64,000 nt of DNA from Candidatus Woesearchaeota archaeon B3_Woes. Lineage in GTDB: Archaea; Nanobdellota; Nanobdellia; Woesearchaeales; B3-WOES. A program made the position numbers and the translations under genes. This document shows, in pieces, positions 47,037 through 56,190 of the stretch. The stretch is taken from contig NJBG01000001.1 in the NCBI GenBank assembly GCA_005222965.1, forward strand, positions 896,167 through 960,166, written 5' to 3'. Positions within the stretch are counted from its first letter, which is position 1. Every line of letters starts with the position of its first letter. The notes beneath the pieces were generated by a model, which was not told the DNA's origin, did not search any database, and saw only the letters and a program-made list of their open reading frames with translations.

Positions 47037-47888
47037 ATGATAGACACATCTTTTTTAGATCATCTAAAGAAATTTAGTCTAATTGTAAACAAAAGAGTAA
47101 CATCTATTTATTCAGGCCAAAAACTATCAACAGCAGCTGGAAGAGGAATAAGCTTTAGAGACCACAGAATCTATTCTTTTGGAGATGACTTTAGATCAAT
47201 TGATTGGAAAGTCTTTGCACGTACAGACGACCTATACATTAAAAATTATGAAGAAGAAAGAAATCTTAGTGTTCATATCCTTGTTGATTATTCTGCTTCA
47301 ATGAATTTTGGAAAACCAAGATCAAAATTTGATTACGCTGCAATGATTGGTGTTGGATTTGCATACTTAGCAATGAAAGATAATGAAAAATTCCAATTTG
47401 CGACATTCTCAGATAAATTAGACCTATTCCAACCTAGAAGGGGAATGCACCAACTAGCATCAATGGTAGATCACCTAAACAATATAAAAATTGAAGGCAA
47501 AACAGACCTATTCAACACTTTATTATCTTATAAAAATTTAATCGGATCAAAATCCCTTATAATAATTATCTCAGATTTGTTATTTGACCCAGAACAGATC
47601 AAAGATTCATTAATAATGTTAGGAAAGCACGATATAAAATTAATCCAGGTTTTAGATAAACAAGAAAGAAACATTAATATGGAAGGAGATTTTAGATTAA
47701 AAGATTCTGAAACAAAAGACGAACTAAGAACTTTTATAAGCCCAAGACTAGTGCAAAACTATAACAAAATGCTGGATGGACATACTGCAAAAATAAAAGA
47801 TATATGCAATGGTTTAGGGGTAGAATTTTATCAAGCAACTTCAAGTACTCCAATCTTTGATACATTTTATGAGGTTCTTAAAAGATGA
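47037..47888 (+). CDS. DUF58-family protein (vWA-like, MoxR partner)
   Basis: GISFRDHRIYSFGDDFRSIDWKVFARTDDLYIKNYEEERNLSVHILVDYSASM is the conserved DUF58 core. Confidence 0.75.
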   Translation: MIDTSFLDHLKKFSLIVNKRVTSIYSGQKLSTAAGRGISFRDHRIYSFGDDFRSIDWKVFARTDDLYIKNYEEERNLSVHILVDYSASMNFGKPRSKFDYAAMIGVGFAYLAMKDNEKFQFATFSDKLDLFQPRRGMHQLASMVDHLNNIKIEGKTDLFNTLLSYKNLIGSKSLIIIISDLLFDPEQIKDSLIMLGKHDIKLIQVLDKQERNINMEGDFRLKDSETKDELRTFISPRLVQNYNKMLDGHTAKIKDICNGLGVEFYQATSSTPIFDTFYEVLKR

Positions 47889-48679
47889 TAACAAAAAAAG
47901 ATATCAAACTTCCAAAACATAAATCAACTTCACATAAAGGACAGAATGGAGAAGTGTTAATCATTGGTGGAAATGAAGATTATATTGGTTGTCTAGCTCT
48001 AGCTGGTTTAGCAGCATTAAGAACAGGAATTGACTGGATTACAATAGCAGCTCCGGAAAAAACAGCATGGGCAATAAGCTGCCTATCTTCAGACTTAATA
48101 ACAAAAAAATGTAAAGGGAAATATTTCACACTAAAAAATTACAAAGAAATAATGGATTTAGTTGAAAAACACGATGCTATCTTAATAGGAAATGGCATTG
48201 GACAAAATAAAGAAACAAAATTATTCATTAAAAAGTTGGTAAAAAATATTAAAAAGCCAAAAGTCATAGATGCAGATGGAATAAAAGCAATCAGCCTAAA
48301 AGAACTAGATAATTCAATACTATGCCCTCATAAAAAAGAATTTGAATTATTACTAAAAAACACAAAAATTAAAGAAAAAAATCTAAAAAAACACATCAAA
48401 AATAATATAATTGTAAGAAAAGGAAAAATAGATCAAATAATAACCAAAACTAAAACATTCCATAATAAAACAGGAAACGAGGCAATGACAAAAGCAGGAA
48501 CAGGAGATGTTTTAGCTGGTCTAGCAGTTGGTTTTTTAGCTCAGGGATTAACTCCAAAACAATCTGCAATAAACGCAGCATATATAAATGGAAAAATGGG
48601 AGATTATTTAAAAAAGAAAAAAGGATACAGCTTTATAGCATCAGATTTAATCCAGGATTATAAAAAATTATTAAAATAA
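47885..48679 (+). CDS. YjeF C-terminal domain protein / ADP-dependent NAD(P)H-hydrate dehydratase-like
   Basis: GGNEDYIGCLALAGLAALRTG, VIDADGI and AGTGDVLAGLAVGFLAQG are YjeF_C (carbohydrate kinase-like) motifs. Confidence 0.65.
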   Translation: MITKKDIKLPKHKSTSHKGQNGEVLIIGGNEDYIGCLALAGLAALRTGIDWITIAAPEKTAWAISCLSSDLITKKCKGKYFTLKNYKEIMDLVEKHDAILIGNGIGQNKETKLFIKKLVKNIKKPKVIDADGIKAISLKELDNSILCPHKKEFELLLKNTKIKEKNLKKHIKNNIIVRKGKIDQIITKTKTFHNKTGNEAMTKAGTGDVLAGLAVGFLAQGLTPKQSAINAAYINGKMGDYLKKKKGYSFIASDLIQDYKKLLK

Positions 48680-48721
48680 GGAAATTTACTAGACCACCAC
48701 TATCCAATACATAAGAAATAA

Positions 48722-48979
48722 ATGAAAAACAAAGAACTATTAGAAAAAACAAACATGCTTAAACCTGTTTTAAGAATTGGAAAAAACGGTTTAACAGAAA
48801 GCGTAATAAAAGAACTAAAAAATCACCTAAAAAAGAAAAAATTAATTAAGGTAAAACTCTTAAAGTCCTTTATACAGAATAAAGACAGGAAAAAAATAGC
48901 AGCAGAATTAGTTGCAAAAACAAATTCAGAAATAATACAACAAGTTGGTTTTGTTGTTGTACTACACAAGGAAAAATAA
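48722..48979 (+). CDS. YhbY/CRS1 (CRM-domain) RNA-binding protein
   Basis: 85 aa. LKPVLRIGKNGLTESVIKELKNHLKKKKLIKVKLL matches the CRM-domain GxxG motif region. Confidence 0.5.
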   Translation: MKNKELLEKTNMLKPVLRIGKNGLTESVIKELKNHLKKKKLIKVKLLKSFIQNKDRKKIAAELVAKTNSEIIQQVGFVVVLHKEK

Positions 48980-48980
48980 A

Positions 48981-50432
48981 ATGGCAGATGATTATTTTAC
49001 AGATATATTAAACTTTGATAAAAAAGCCTATTTTGATAAATATAAAGAAGAAATAATGGAGAAATCCATGAATCAGTATGTATATACTGGTTACCCTGCT
49101 GTTAAAACTCCTGAGCATAGACGTAGAAGCGTATATGAAACCTACACAAAACCAATAGAAGAAACATACTTCTGGATACTCGAACACATGACTACAGGAA
49201 GAGAAGGATTCCCTCTAATTGAAAAAATAACAGATGTTTTTACTGCTGCAGAACAATCCGCATTTTGGGGTCAATCCTCTACAAGATTAGGAGTTCAACA
49301 AGATAAAGTAAGCCAATATTTAGCTACAATAGGCAAGATGGTAAAAGATATGTTTCAGTTGGTGAGGGAATTAAGAATCTTAGATGAAAGAATAGGTTAT
49401 TATGAAGATAGTAATGATAGAAGTAGCAAAAGCAGAGAAAGCGCAGAAATAACACTAAAAGGAATCTATGTAGATATGGCAGAAGGAGGAAGCAAAAACC
49501 CCTCTTCTGTATTTGGTATGGCTCGTGAACTGCAATTTACATCTCTACCAGATCTATTCTTTAGTGTCCATCCTCCTACTTCAAGAGAAGTTGACGAATA
49601 TGTAAACAAACTGGAATTTAATGAAGCTGTTAAAAGAGTTTTAAAGAGAAAATTAAGAAGCTTTATGCAGTGGAAAGAACATACTAGTAAAGAAATCAAA
49701 ACAAGAAAAAAATTTACATTAAAATATATGCGCCAGCACTATGATGTTATCCATATGTATCTTTCATGGATAAGACCTTATCTAAGAAATATCGCAAGAA
49801 TCCTTTCAGAATCAATGGAAAACAAAAAAATAACATCCGCTGATTTAGTTTCAGCATTTGAAGGAAGTTTAATAGAAGTTGAATACATAGTTAGGAGAAT
49901 GCCAAAAAAAAACAAAGATTACTTTGCATGCGTCCTAGCAACATTCATAATGAGAACAAGACCAGATATGTCCTATCACCAAGAAGGATATCGTCATCAA
50001 GGACCATTACATACTGGTAAAATAGAGGTTATAACAAGAAGATATGCATGGACTGAAGAGGATTTTCAAAATTATAAAAAATTAAGAGCAGCAGAAGACT
50101 TTGAAATAATAGGGAGAATTGACAGATCTGTAAAAGAAGCAATGGAAGGATTAGGAAACGAATTACAAAAGTATCTTGAAGAAGCAGGAGAGGAAACAAT
50201 GTTAATGGAAAAGAGAAAAAAAGAACCCAAAAAACAGAAAAAAAAATGGGTTAATAATCTTGTAGGTACATTCATAACTATAAAACCTAAGCAAGAAAAA
50301 CCAAAAAAGAAAACAAAAAAAGATCTTGTAAGAATAGAAAAAGAGAAAAAAGCAGCTGATAAGGCTGGAGCATTCTGCCAGTGGCTTACATATAAAAATT
50401 ATAAAAAATCTCATGGATTCTTATCATGGTAA
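48981..50432 (+). CDS. hypothetical protein with basic Lys-rich C-terminal tail (first gene of a compositionally distinct operon)
   Basis: Probable start MADDYFTDIL immediately after the YhbY stop. 484 aa with no recognised domain. GC-richer codons than neighbouring genes. Confidence 0.4.
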   Translation: MADDYFTDILNFDKKAYFDKYKEEIMEKSMNQYVYTGYPAVKTPEHRRRSVYETYTKPIEETYFWILEHMTTGREGFPLIEKITDVFTAAEQSAFWGQSSTRLGVQQDKVSQYLATIGKMVKDMFQLVRELRILDERIGYYEDSNDRSSKSRESAEITLKGIYVDMAEGGSKNPSSVFGMARELQFTSLPDLFFSVHPPTSREVDEYVNKLEFNEAVKRVLKRKLRSFMQWKEHTSKEIKTRKKFTLKYMRQHYDVIHMYLSWIRPYLRNIARILSESMENKKITSADLVSAFEGSLIEVEYIVRRMPKKNKDYFACVLATFIMRTRPDMSYHQEGYRHQGPLHTGKIEVITRRYAWTEEDFQNYKKLRAAEDFEIIGRIDRSVKEAMEGLGNELQKYLEEAGEETMLMEKRKKEPKKQKKKWVNNLVGTFITIKPKQEKPKKKTKKDLVRIEKEKKAADKAGAFCQWLTYKNYKKSHGFLSW

Positions 50433-50953
50433 AAAAAGAAAACGTTGAAGATGTTAAAAATCTATCTCCTGAAGAAAGGATAAGAAGATTAAAAAGCATT
50501 GAAGAAAAGAACAAACAAGAGATAGAACAAGCTCAAAAATTAATAAAAGAAAGCGAAGAAGAAATCAAGATTGAAGAAAAAATTCAGCAGGTTGAAATAC
50601 CTGATAATAAAGAAGTTAATGTTACTAATTTATTCCAACAAGAAGAAAGTTTAGAAGAAACAGTTGAAAGAGAAAAACCACAAATTAGTGAAGAAGAACT
50701 CAAACAACAACAGGATTATTTGAGAGAACTACCTACCAATCAACTAGAACAAAAAGCAGAATATATCCAGCAAAGAGTTGAAGAAACAGGATATGTAAGT
50801 AATGAACAGAGAAACGAAATAACTAATATGTACCAGGAGTTAAAACAAAGAGAAGATGGACTTAAACAAGGCTCTTATAGATCATCATCACAAAATATAG
50901 AAGAACAAATAAGCATGACAAAAAAAATCTTAGGAGACATGTATAAAAGATGA
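50426..50953 (+). CDS. acidic coiled-coil protein
   Basis: 175-aa Glu/Gln-rich helical ORF. Overlaps its neighbours by 4-7 nt, indicating translational coupling. Confidence 0.4.
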   Translation: MVKKENVEDVKNLSPEERIRRLKSIEEKNKQEIEQAQKLIKESEEEIKIEEKIQQVEIPDNKEVNVTNLFQQEESLEETVEREKPQISEEELKQQQDYLRELPTNQLEQKAEYIQQRVEETGYVSNEQRNEITNMYQELKQREDGLKQGSYRSSSQNIEEQISMTKKILGDMYKR

Positions 50954-53070
50954 TATTCCAAACAGCATATCGTTCTCCAATGGATAGAGAATATAGCGGA
51001 AATAATATACCTGAAGTTAGTCCTGATGCTAATATAGAAGAACCAATCATACCAATACAAGAACTTGGTCAATCTGTTACAGAAGGAAGACAATTTGGAA
51101 CTCTGATTCAAACATCAACAGCAGCTATAAGAGCAGGAGCAGGCCAAATAGAACTACAACCAGGAATGGGTGGAGGCGAAGAACCAGTTGGTGCTGAAAA
51201 TTATGGAAAAGATGCAAGAGAGGCATTAAGAGAATTAGCAAAAGTTAATGAAGTAACATTTAGTTCTGTTCATACCCCCCCTCAAATAGGAAACATGTCA
51301 GGATTTAATCCACAGCAAGGAGGATTTAGTGATGAATATCGTAAAAAAGAGATAGAAGAGGTTAGAGCAGCAATACTTTTTGCAGCAGAAACATCACAAG
51401 GAGGAGCTGTTGTAATTCATACTGGGGAATTCCAAAGACCAATGTTTGATGCTCCTTGGAATAGAGATGGCTTGTTTAAAAGTTATGAAGAGGAGCCAGA
51501 GAGGGCTATAAAACCTCTTGTGGATATAAGAACAGGAAAAACAATCCAGGAAGTTAGAATGAATCAACTTGTTCCAAGAGCTGTCTGGAACAGATATGAA
51601 GAAGGAAATGAATTCTGGGAAAAAAATAATGGTAACTCATATCCAGATGACCAAAAAAATATGGTCAAACCAGGAGATTATATTGATTATGAAGGAAATG
51701 TTGTTGACAGATTCAATAGGGTACCCGTATATGATGAAAAAAATAATACATTTGTTGTTCATAGGGAAAAATGGGGAAATCTTGTTAAAGAAGCAGAAGA
51801 ATTGAATAAAGCAAAAAAAAGAGAATTAGGAAGACCTTTAACAAGAGAAGAAACACTAACACCAGAAGAAGCATTTCTTCATGCTACTACAGAAACACAA
51901 GAAGCAATTGCAAGAGGATGGGCTGGAAATTATGGTTCACACGCAAGAAATTATTTTAGATCTATCAAAAAATATAAAGAAGCACTTAAATTCTACGAAG
52001 AATTAGAAGGAAAAATTCCAGAAGAAGAAATGTGGAAATTAGAAAGACAACATACTGAATTTAATTTACAAGGACTAGGTCTAATACCAATAGAATCAAA
52101 AAGACCAACTGAAATCATAAAGGATGCACTTAGAGATGCAAGAGAGGGCTTTGCGTCTGTAAAAGAGATGGTAACTGGTCAGCTTCAATCAGCAGAAGAT
52201 CAAAAAATACTAAGAGAACACGCTGTTAGCGCTTCCAAATACGCTATGAGACAATCAATGAAAAGCTATGCAGAAGCAGGAATAGAAGCAATGCAACAAA
52301 CTGATAACAACAAATACGCACAAAGAGATATATTTGTAGCTCCTGAAAACATATTTCCTGACATGGGATTTGGAAGCCACCCCCAAGAGCTAAAAGAATT
52401 AGTTCAGAGTGCAAGGAAAAAAATGGTAGAATATCTTACTGAAAAACAAATTGATGATCCTGCTGGAAGCACAAATGGGACAGGAAAAGTTATCAAAGTT
52501 GATAATCCTTATTATACTGGAATGAAGAAAACACAAGCAGAAAAAGAAGCAAAAGATCATATTAAAGCAACACTAGATACACAACATTTAGGAATGTGGT
52601 TTAATAATTTTAAACCAGATCCAGGAGAAACAAGACAACAAAGAAAAAAACGTTTTGATAAGTGGTATATGGAAGAAATTAATGATTTAAGCAAAGCAGA
52701 TATCATAGGAAATATACATTTAGTAGATGCTGTTGGAGGAAGCCATCAGCATTTACCAGCCGGCCAAGGAGATTTACCATTAAAAGAAACTTTAGCTTTA
52801 CTTAAAAAAAATGGTTTTAGAGGTACTATTAATTCAGAAGGGCATGGAGAAGAGAGGTTTGGTCAGGGTAGAATTCTATTAGAAACATGGAGAGAATTTG
52901 GAACACCAATAGCTGGTGTAGGTGGTTATGGTATGCCTGGAATGCCAAGTCAAAACTGGGCCAATGTCTATCATGGCTACTTTGGAAGACCTCATCCCCC
53001 TTATTTTATACATGGAGCCTATTCTCCTTCAAACGACTGGACTCTGTGGAGCGAAGTTCCTATGGAATAA
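50950..53070 (+). CDS. large protein with xylose-isomerase-like TIM-barrel / endonuclease IV-type metal-site signature
   Basis: C-terminal IGNIHLVDAVGGSHQHLPAGQGDLP...SEGHGEE resembles motif 3 of the AP-endonuclease-2/xylose isomerase-like TIM-barrel fold. VTFSSVHTPP and GGAVVIHTGEF near the N-terminus may be the first barrel strands. 706 aa with a roughly 350-aa insertion. Confidence 0.4.
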   Translation: MIFQTAYRSPMDREYSGNNIPEVSPDANIEEPIIPIQELGQSVTEGRQFGTLIQTSTAAIRAGAGQIELQPGMGGGEEPVGAENYGKDAREALRELAKVNEVTFSSVHTPPQIGNMSGFNPQQGGFSDEYRKKEIEEVRAAILFAAETSQGGAVVIHTGEFQRPMFDAPWNRDGLFKSYEEEPERAIKPLVDIRTGKTIQEVRMNQLVPRAVWNRYEEGNEFWEKNNGNSYPDDQKNMVKPGDYIDYEGNVVDRFNRVPVYDEKNNTFVVHREKWGNLVKEAEELNKAKKRELGRPLTREETLTPEEAFLHATTETQEAIARGWAGNYGSHARNYFRSIKKYKEALKFYEELEGKIPEEEMWKLERQHTEFNLQGLGLIPIESKRPTEIIKDALRDAREGFASVKEMVTGQLQSAEDQKILREHAVSASKYAMRQSMKSYAEAGIEAMQQTDNNKYAQRDIFVAPENIFPDMGFGSHPQELKELVQSARKKMVEYLTEKQIDDPAGSTNGTGKVIKVDNPYYTGMKKTQAEKEAKDHIKATLDTQHLGMWFNNFKPDPGETRQQRKKRFDKWYMEEINDLSKADIIGNIHLVDAVGGSHQHLPAGQGDLPLKETLALLKKNGFRGTINSEGHGEERFGQGRILLETWREFGTPIAGVGGYGMPGMPSQNWANVYHGYFGRPHPPYFIHGAYSPSNDWTLWSEVPME

Positions 53071-53074
53071 ATTT

Positions 53075-53620
53075 CTAAGAAAAAGCCATATCATACTTTA
53101 CTTTTACTAACGCATGATTGAATAATCTATAATATTTGAACATATCTCTGGTAGTTGGGTCTACTAGGGTTGTGACAATCTTTAATTTATCTGCATAAAC
53201 CTTTTCCTCAATAACCTTATTAACATCATCTACACTTATGGTTTCTTCAGAAACAAACCTTATTCCTTTTTTCTTATCATTTGGATTATCATCTGGATTA
53301 TACTGACTATAATCCCACTGAATAGCTAATGGTTCTGCTATTTTTCCATACTCTAATTTTGAATAATCCAAACCTTTTTCTTCACCAAGAGCTTCGTACA
53401 TAATCCTGTCTTCTGCAGAAAAATCAACCCTTTCACCAACTCTCCCTTCCAAAGAAGTTTCTTCTTCTAATACTTCAAGAATAGCATCACTTATCTCTTT
53501 TTGACTATCATCCAAAGAACTATCTTCATCTAATTTAGGAGCATCATCTAATAAATCAGTTTGCCCAAATATCACCTCTGGAGAAACACATAAACAATCA
53601 TCAAAACCCGATATATTCAT
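53075..53620 (-). CDS. hypothetical acidic protein
   Basis: 181-aa ORF with no motif. Confidence 0.3.
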   Translation of the reverse strand: MNISGFDDCLCVSPEVIFGQTDLLDDAPKLDEDSSLDDSQKEISDAILEVLEEETSLEGRVGERVDFSAEDRIMYEALGEEKGLDYSKLEYGKIAEPLAIQWDYSQYNPDDNPNDKKKGIRFVSEETISVDDVNKVIEEKVYADKLKIVTTLVDPTTRDMFKYYRLFNHALVKVKYDMAFS

Positions 53621-53665
53621 AAAAATCTAAACATATAAATAATATATAACTTTATTGGTTTAGTA

Positions 53666-54196
53666 ATGCATAAAGATACATTTGAAAACATAAAACAAGA
53701 GTATGATACTTTCTATAAATCATTTCTAAAAAAAGGCAAAATCCCCTACTATGAAACAGAAAAAGGAGTATGGGGAATTTCAGTAGCAGAATATCTCTAC
53801 AAATTCTTTAAAGAAATAAACCTAAAAAAATATAAAAATTTCTTAGACCTAGGCTCAGGTGATGGAAAAGTAGTTTTAATAGCTTCTTTATTCACAAAAG
53901 CAACAGGAATAGAATACGATAAAAAACTATCTGAAAAAAGCATAAAGATAAGAGATAAACTAAAATTAAATGCAAATTTCATACAAGGAGATTTTTTAAA
54001 AGAGAATTTAAGCAAATACGATATAATATTTATTAACCCAGATAAAGGATTCCATAATGAAACAGAAACCAAACTTCTTGAAGAACTAAAAGGAATTCTA
54101 ATTGTTTACAATTTTATTTACCATCCAAGATTTCTTCAAAAAGGAAAAACATATCAGTTTGATCAAACACCAATAACAATCTATACTAAAAACTGA
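53666..54196 (+). CDS. small class I SAM-dependent methyltransferase (probable)
   Basis: LDLGSGDGKVVLIASLF motif I, followed by an acidic residue at the end of strand 2 (IEYD). Confidence 0.5.
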   Translation: MHKDTFENIKQEYDTFYKSFLKKGKIPYYETEKGVWGISVAEYLYKFFKEINLKKYKNFLDLGSGDGKVVLIASLFTKATGIEYDKKLSEKSIKIRDKLKLNANFIQGDFLKENLSKYDIIFINPDKGFHNETETKLLEELKGILIVYNFIYHPRFLQKGKTYQFDQTPITIYTKN

Positions 54197-54260
54197 TACT
54201 TTTATCATTATAAAATAGTCAATAAACTTATTAAAGGTTCTTGCTGGATTAGACACTATA

Positions 54261-55076
54261 ATGAAGTTTAAGATAGAAAAAACCAGGCATCATAATATTT
54301 CTAAGTATAGGCAAGCAGACCTTCGAATAGCTACTGCATTTGGAAACGAAGTATTGAAAGAAGTTAAAGATTATGTTAAAGCAATAGCACTATTTGGTTC
54401 AACAGTTAAAGAAACCAAACCAATTGTAGGTGGAGAAAAAGATATAGATGTTTTAATTATAATTAATGATATCTCAACAAAAATAACACCTGATTTTGTT
54501 GAAGCATACAGAATCATTATAAGAAAACTAGCTCTAAAACACTCAAAAAGACTGCATATAACAACCCTTAAATTCACAAATTTTTGGGAATACATGAGAG
54601 TAGGAGATCCAATTGGAATAAACATGCTAAGAACATCATACCCTTTGTATGACTCTGGTTTTTTTGAACCTTTACAATCTTTACTAAAAAATGGAAGAAT
54701 AAGACCAACTCAGGAAAGTGTTTGGACATACTTTGCAAGAGCACCAACAACTCTAAAAAATTCAAGATGGCATCTATTACAAGCTACCTTAGATTTGTAT
54801 TGGGGGGTCATAGACTCTGCTCACGCTGCCTTAATGGCTGTTGGTGAAATACCACCTTCTCCTGGACACGTTGCAGACCTTATGCATAAAACATTAGTAA
54901 AACATAGATTAACCAAAGCAAAATATGTTGAGACCATGAGAAAATTCTATAATTTATCAAAAATGATTACACACAGACAAATCCAGGAAATAAAAGGCCA
55001 GGAATTTGAAACTTATTATAGTGAAGCAGAAGAATTTATAGAAGAAATGAGAAAACTAATTGAGAAAAAATTCTAA
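54261..55076 (+). CDS. nucleotidyltransferase-domain protein with helical C-terminal (HEPN-like?) domain
   Basis: LFGSTVKETKPIVGGEKDIDVLIII is the minimal NTase G[SG]...D.D signature. The C-terminal half is all-helical. Confidence 0.45.
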   Translation: MKFKIEKTRHHNISKYRQADLRIATAFGNEVLKEVKDYVKAIALFGSTVKETKPIVGGEKDIDVLIIINDISTKITPDFVEAYRIIIRKLALKHSKRLHITTLKFTNFWEYMRVGDPIGINMLRTSYPLYDSGFFEPLQSLLKNGRIRPTQESVWTYFARAPTTLKNSRWHLLQATLDLYWGVIDSAHAALMAVGEIPPSPGHVADLMHKTLVKHRLTKAKYVETMRKFYNLSKMITHRQIQEIKGQEFETYYSEAEEFIEEMRKLIEKKF

Positions 55077-55077
55077 T

Positions 55078-56106
55078 CTATTTTTTTAAAAGAATAACAC
55101 TCACTATCATAATCATTCCAATCAGAATAAAAAGTCCGATTATTGGAATAAAATAAGGAGATTTAGTTGAAGTTTCTATGATTACTGTTGGTATTTCATT
55201 ATCTACTTCTTCATCTGTTGATTCATCAACAACTTCTTCTGTTTCATTTTCAATAACTTCTTCTTCAACAACATCTTCACACTCTTTAATCTCTAAATTA
55301 AGTTTTACCTGATCATCCAATTCATCATTATCAAAATATACATTTAATGTTGTCTCATAAACACCTTCAACTGCAAACTGTTCTTCAAAACTTAATTGTA
55401 TATCTTTTTCATATACAGCATCTTTATCATAATCTTTGCCTAATCTAATATTTGTAAATTTCTCATTTATATTAAGATCACTGTTTCTAACTTCTAAAGC
55501 TATCTCATCTTCATTTCTATCACCAAAATTACGCATCTTAATTTGTAACATTGTTTGTGTTGTACCACAACTTAACACAGCAGGCACAAATTCATACTCT
55601 ACAAACCTTACATCATGTCTTTTCTTTTCAACTTCAATCTGCAAATTCCATAAAATGTTGTATCTTGTATTATTTTCTGCGTTTTTACCTTCAACAGTTA
55701 ATATTATATCATAAATATCACTCTTAATAATATCAGGAATAGTAATTGATAGTGTTTTTGTCTTTTCATCACCAGCATCAATTGCAAATTTATCTGTTCT
55801 TGCTTCAATATCAGCACCATCATCTATATTTTCAACACTTATCTCAATTCTAATAGATTCTATTTCAAATTCCTCATCCGTACTGTTAAACAAATTCTCT
55901 AATTTAACTGAAAATTCTACAACATCACCTGGTTTTGCATTCTTATCTATCTTTGAATCATTTTCTAGGTTAGTATCTGTATTTCCACCAACATCAACAT
56001 CCAAATCAACTATAGCAAGCCCACCTATTTCATTAACAGCAAAAACACTATTGATAGATATAGTAAACAATAAAACAACAAATATTGATAAGATAAATTT
56101 TTTCAT
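55078..56106 (-). CDS. secreted acidic surface protein with C-terminal TM anchor
   Basis: Signal peptide, beta-rich acidic ectodomain, C-terminal TM helix. 342 aa. Confidence 0.4.
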   Translation of the reverse strand: MKKFILSIFVVLLFTISINSVFAVNEIGGLAIVDLDVDVGGNTDTNLENDSKIDKNAKPGDVVEFSVKLENLFNSTDEEFEIESIRIEISVENIDDGADIEARTDKFAIDAGDEKTKTLSITIPDIIKSDIYDIILTVEGKNAENNTRYNILWNLQIEVEKKRHDVRFVEYEFVPAVLSCGTTQTMLQIKMRNFGDRNEDEIALEVRNSDLNINEKFTNIRLGKDYDKDAVYEKDIQLSFEEQFAVEGVYETTLNVYFDNDELDDQVKLNLEIKECEDVVEEEVIENETEEVVDESTDEEVDNEIPTVIIETSTKSPYFIPIIGLFILIGMIMIVSVILLKK

Positions 56107-56190
56107 ATTATAATCCCCTAATACCTGTAATAAAGAACTGATATATAAACCTTATTATTAAAGCTACTTTAGAGTAGTATCTTTATTGAT

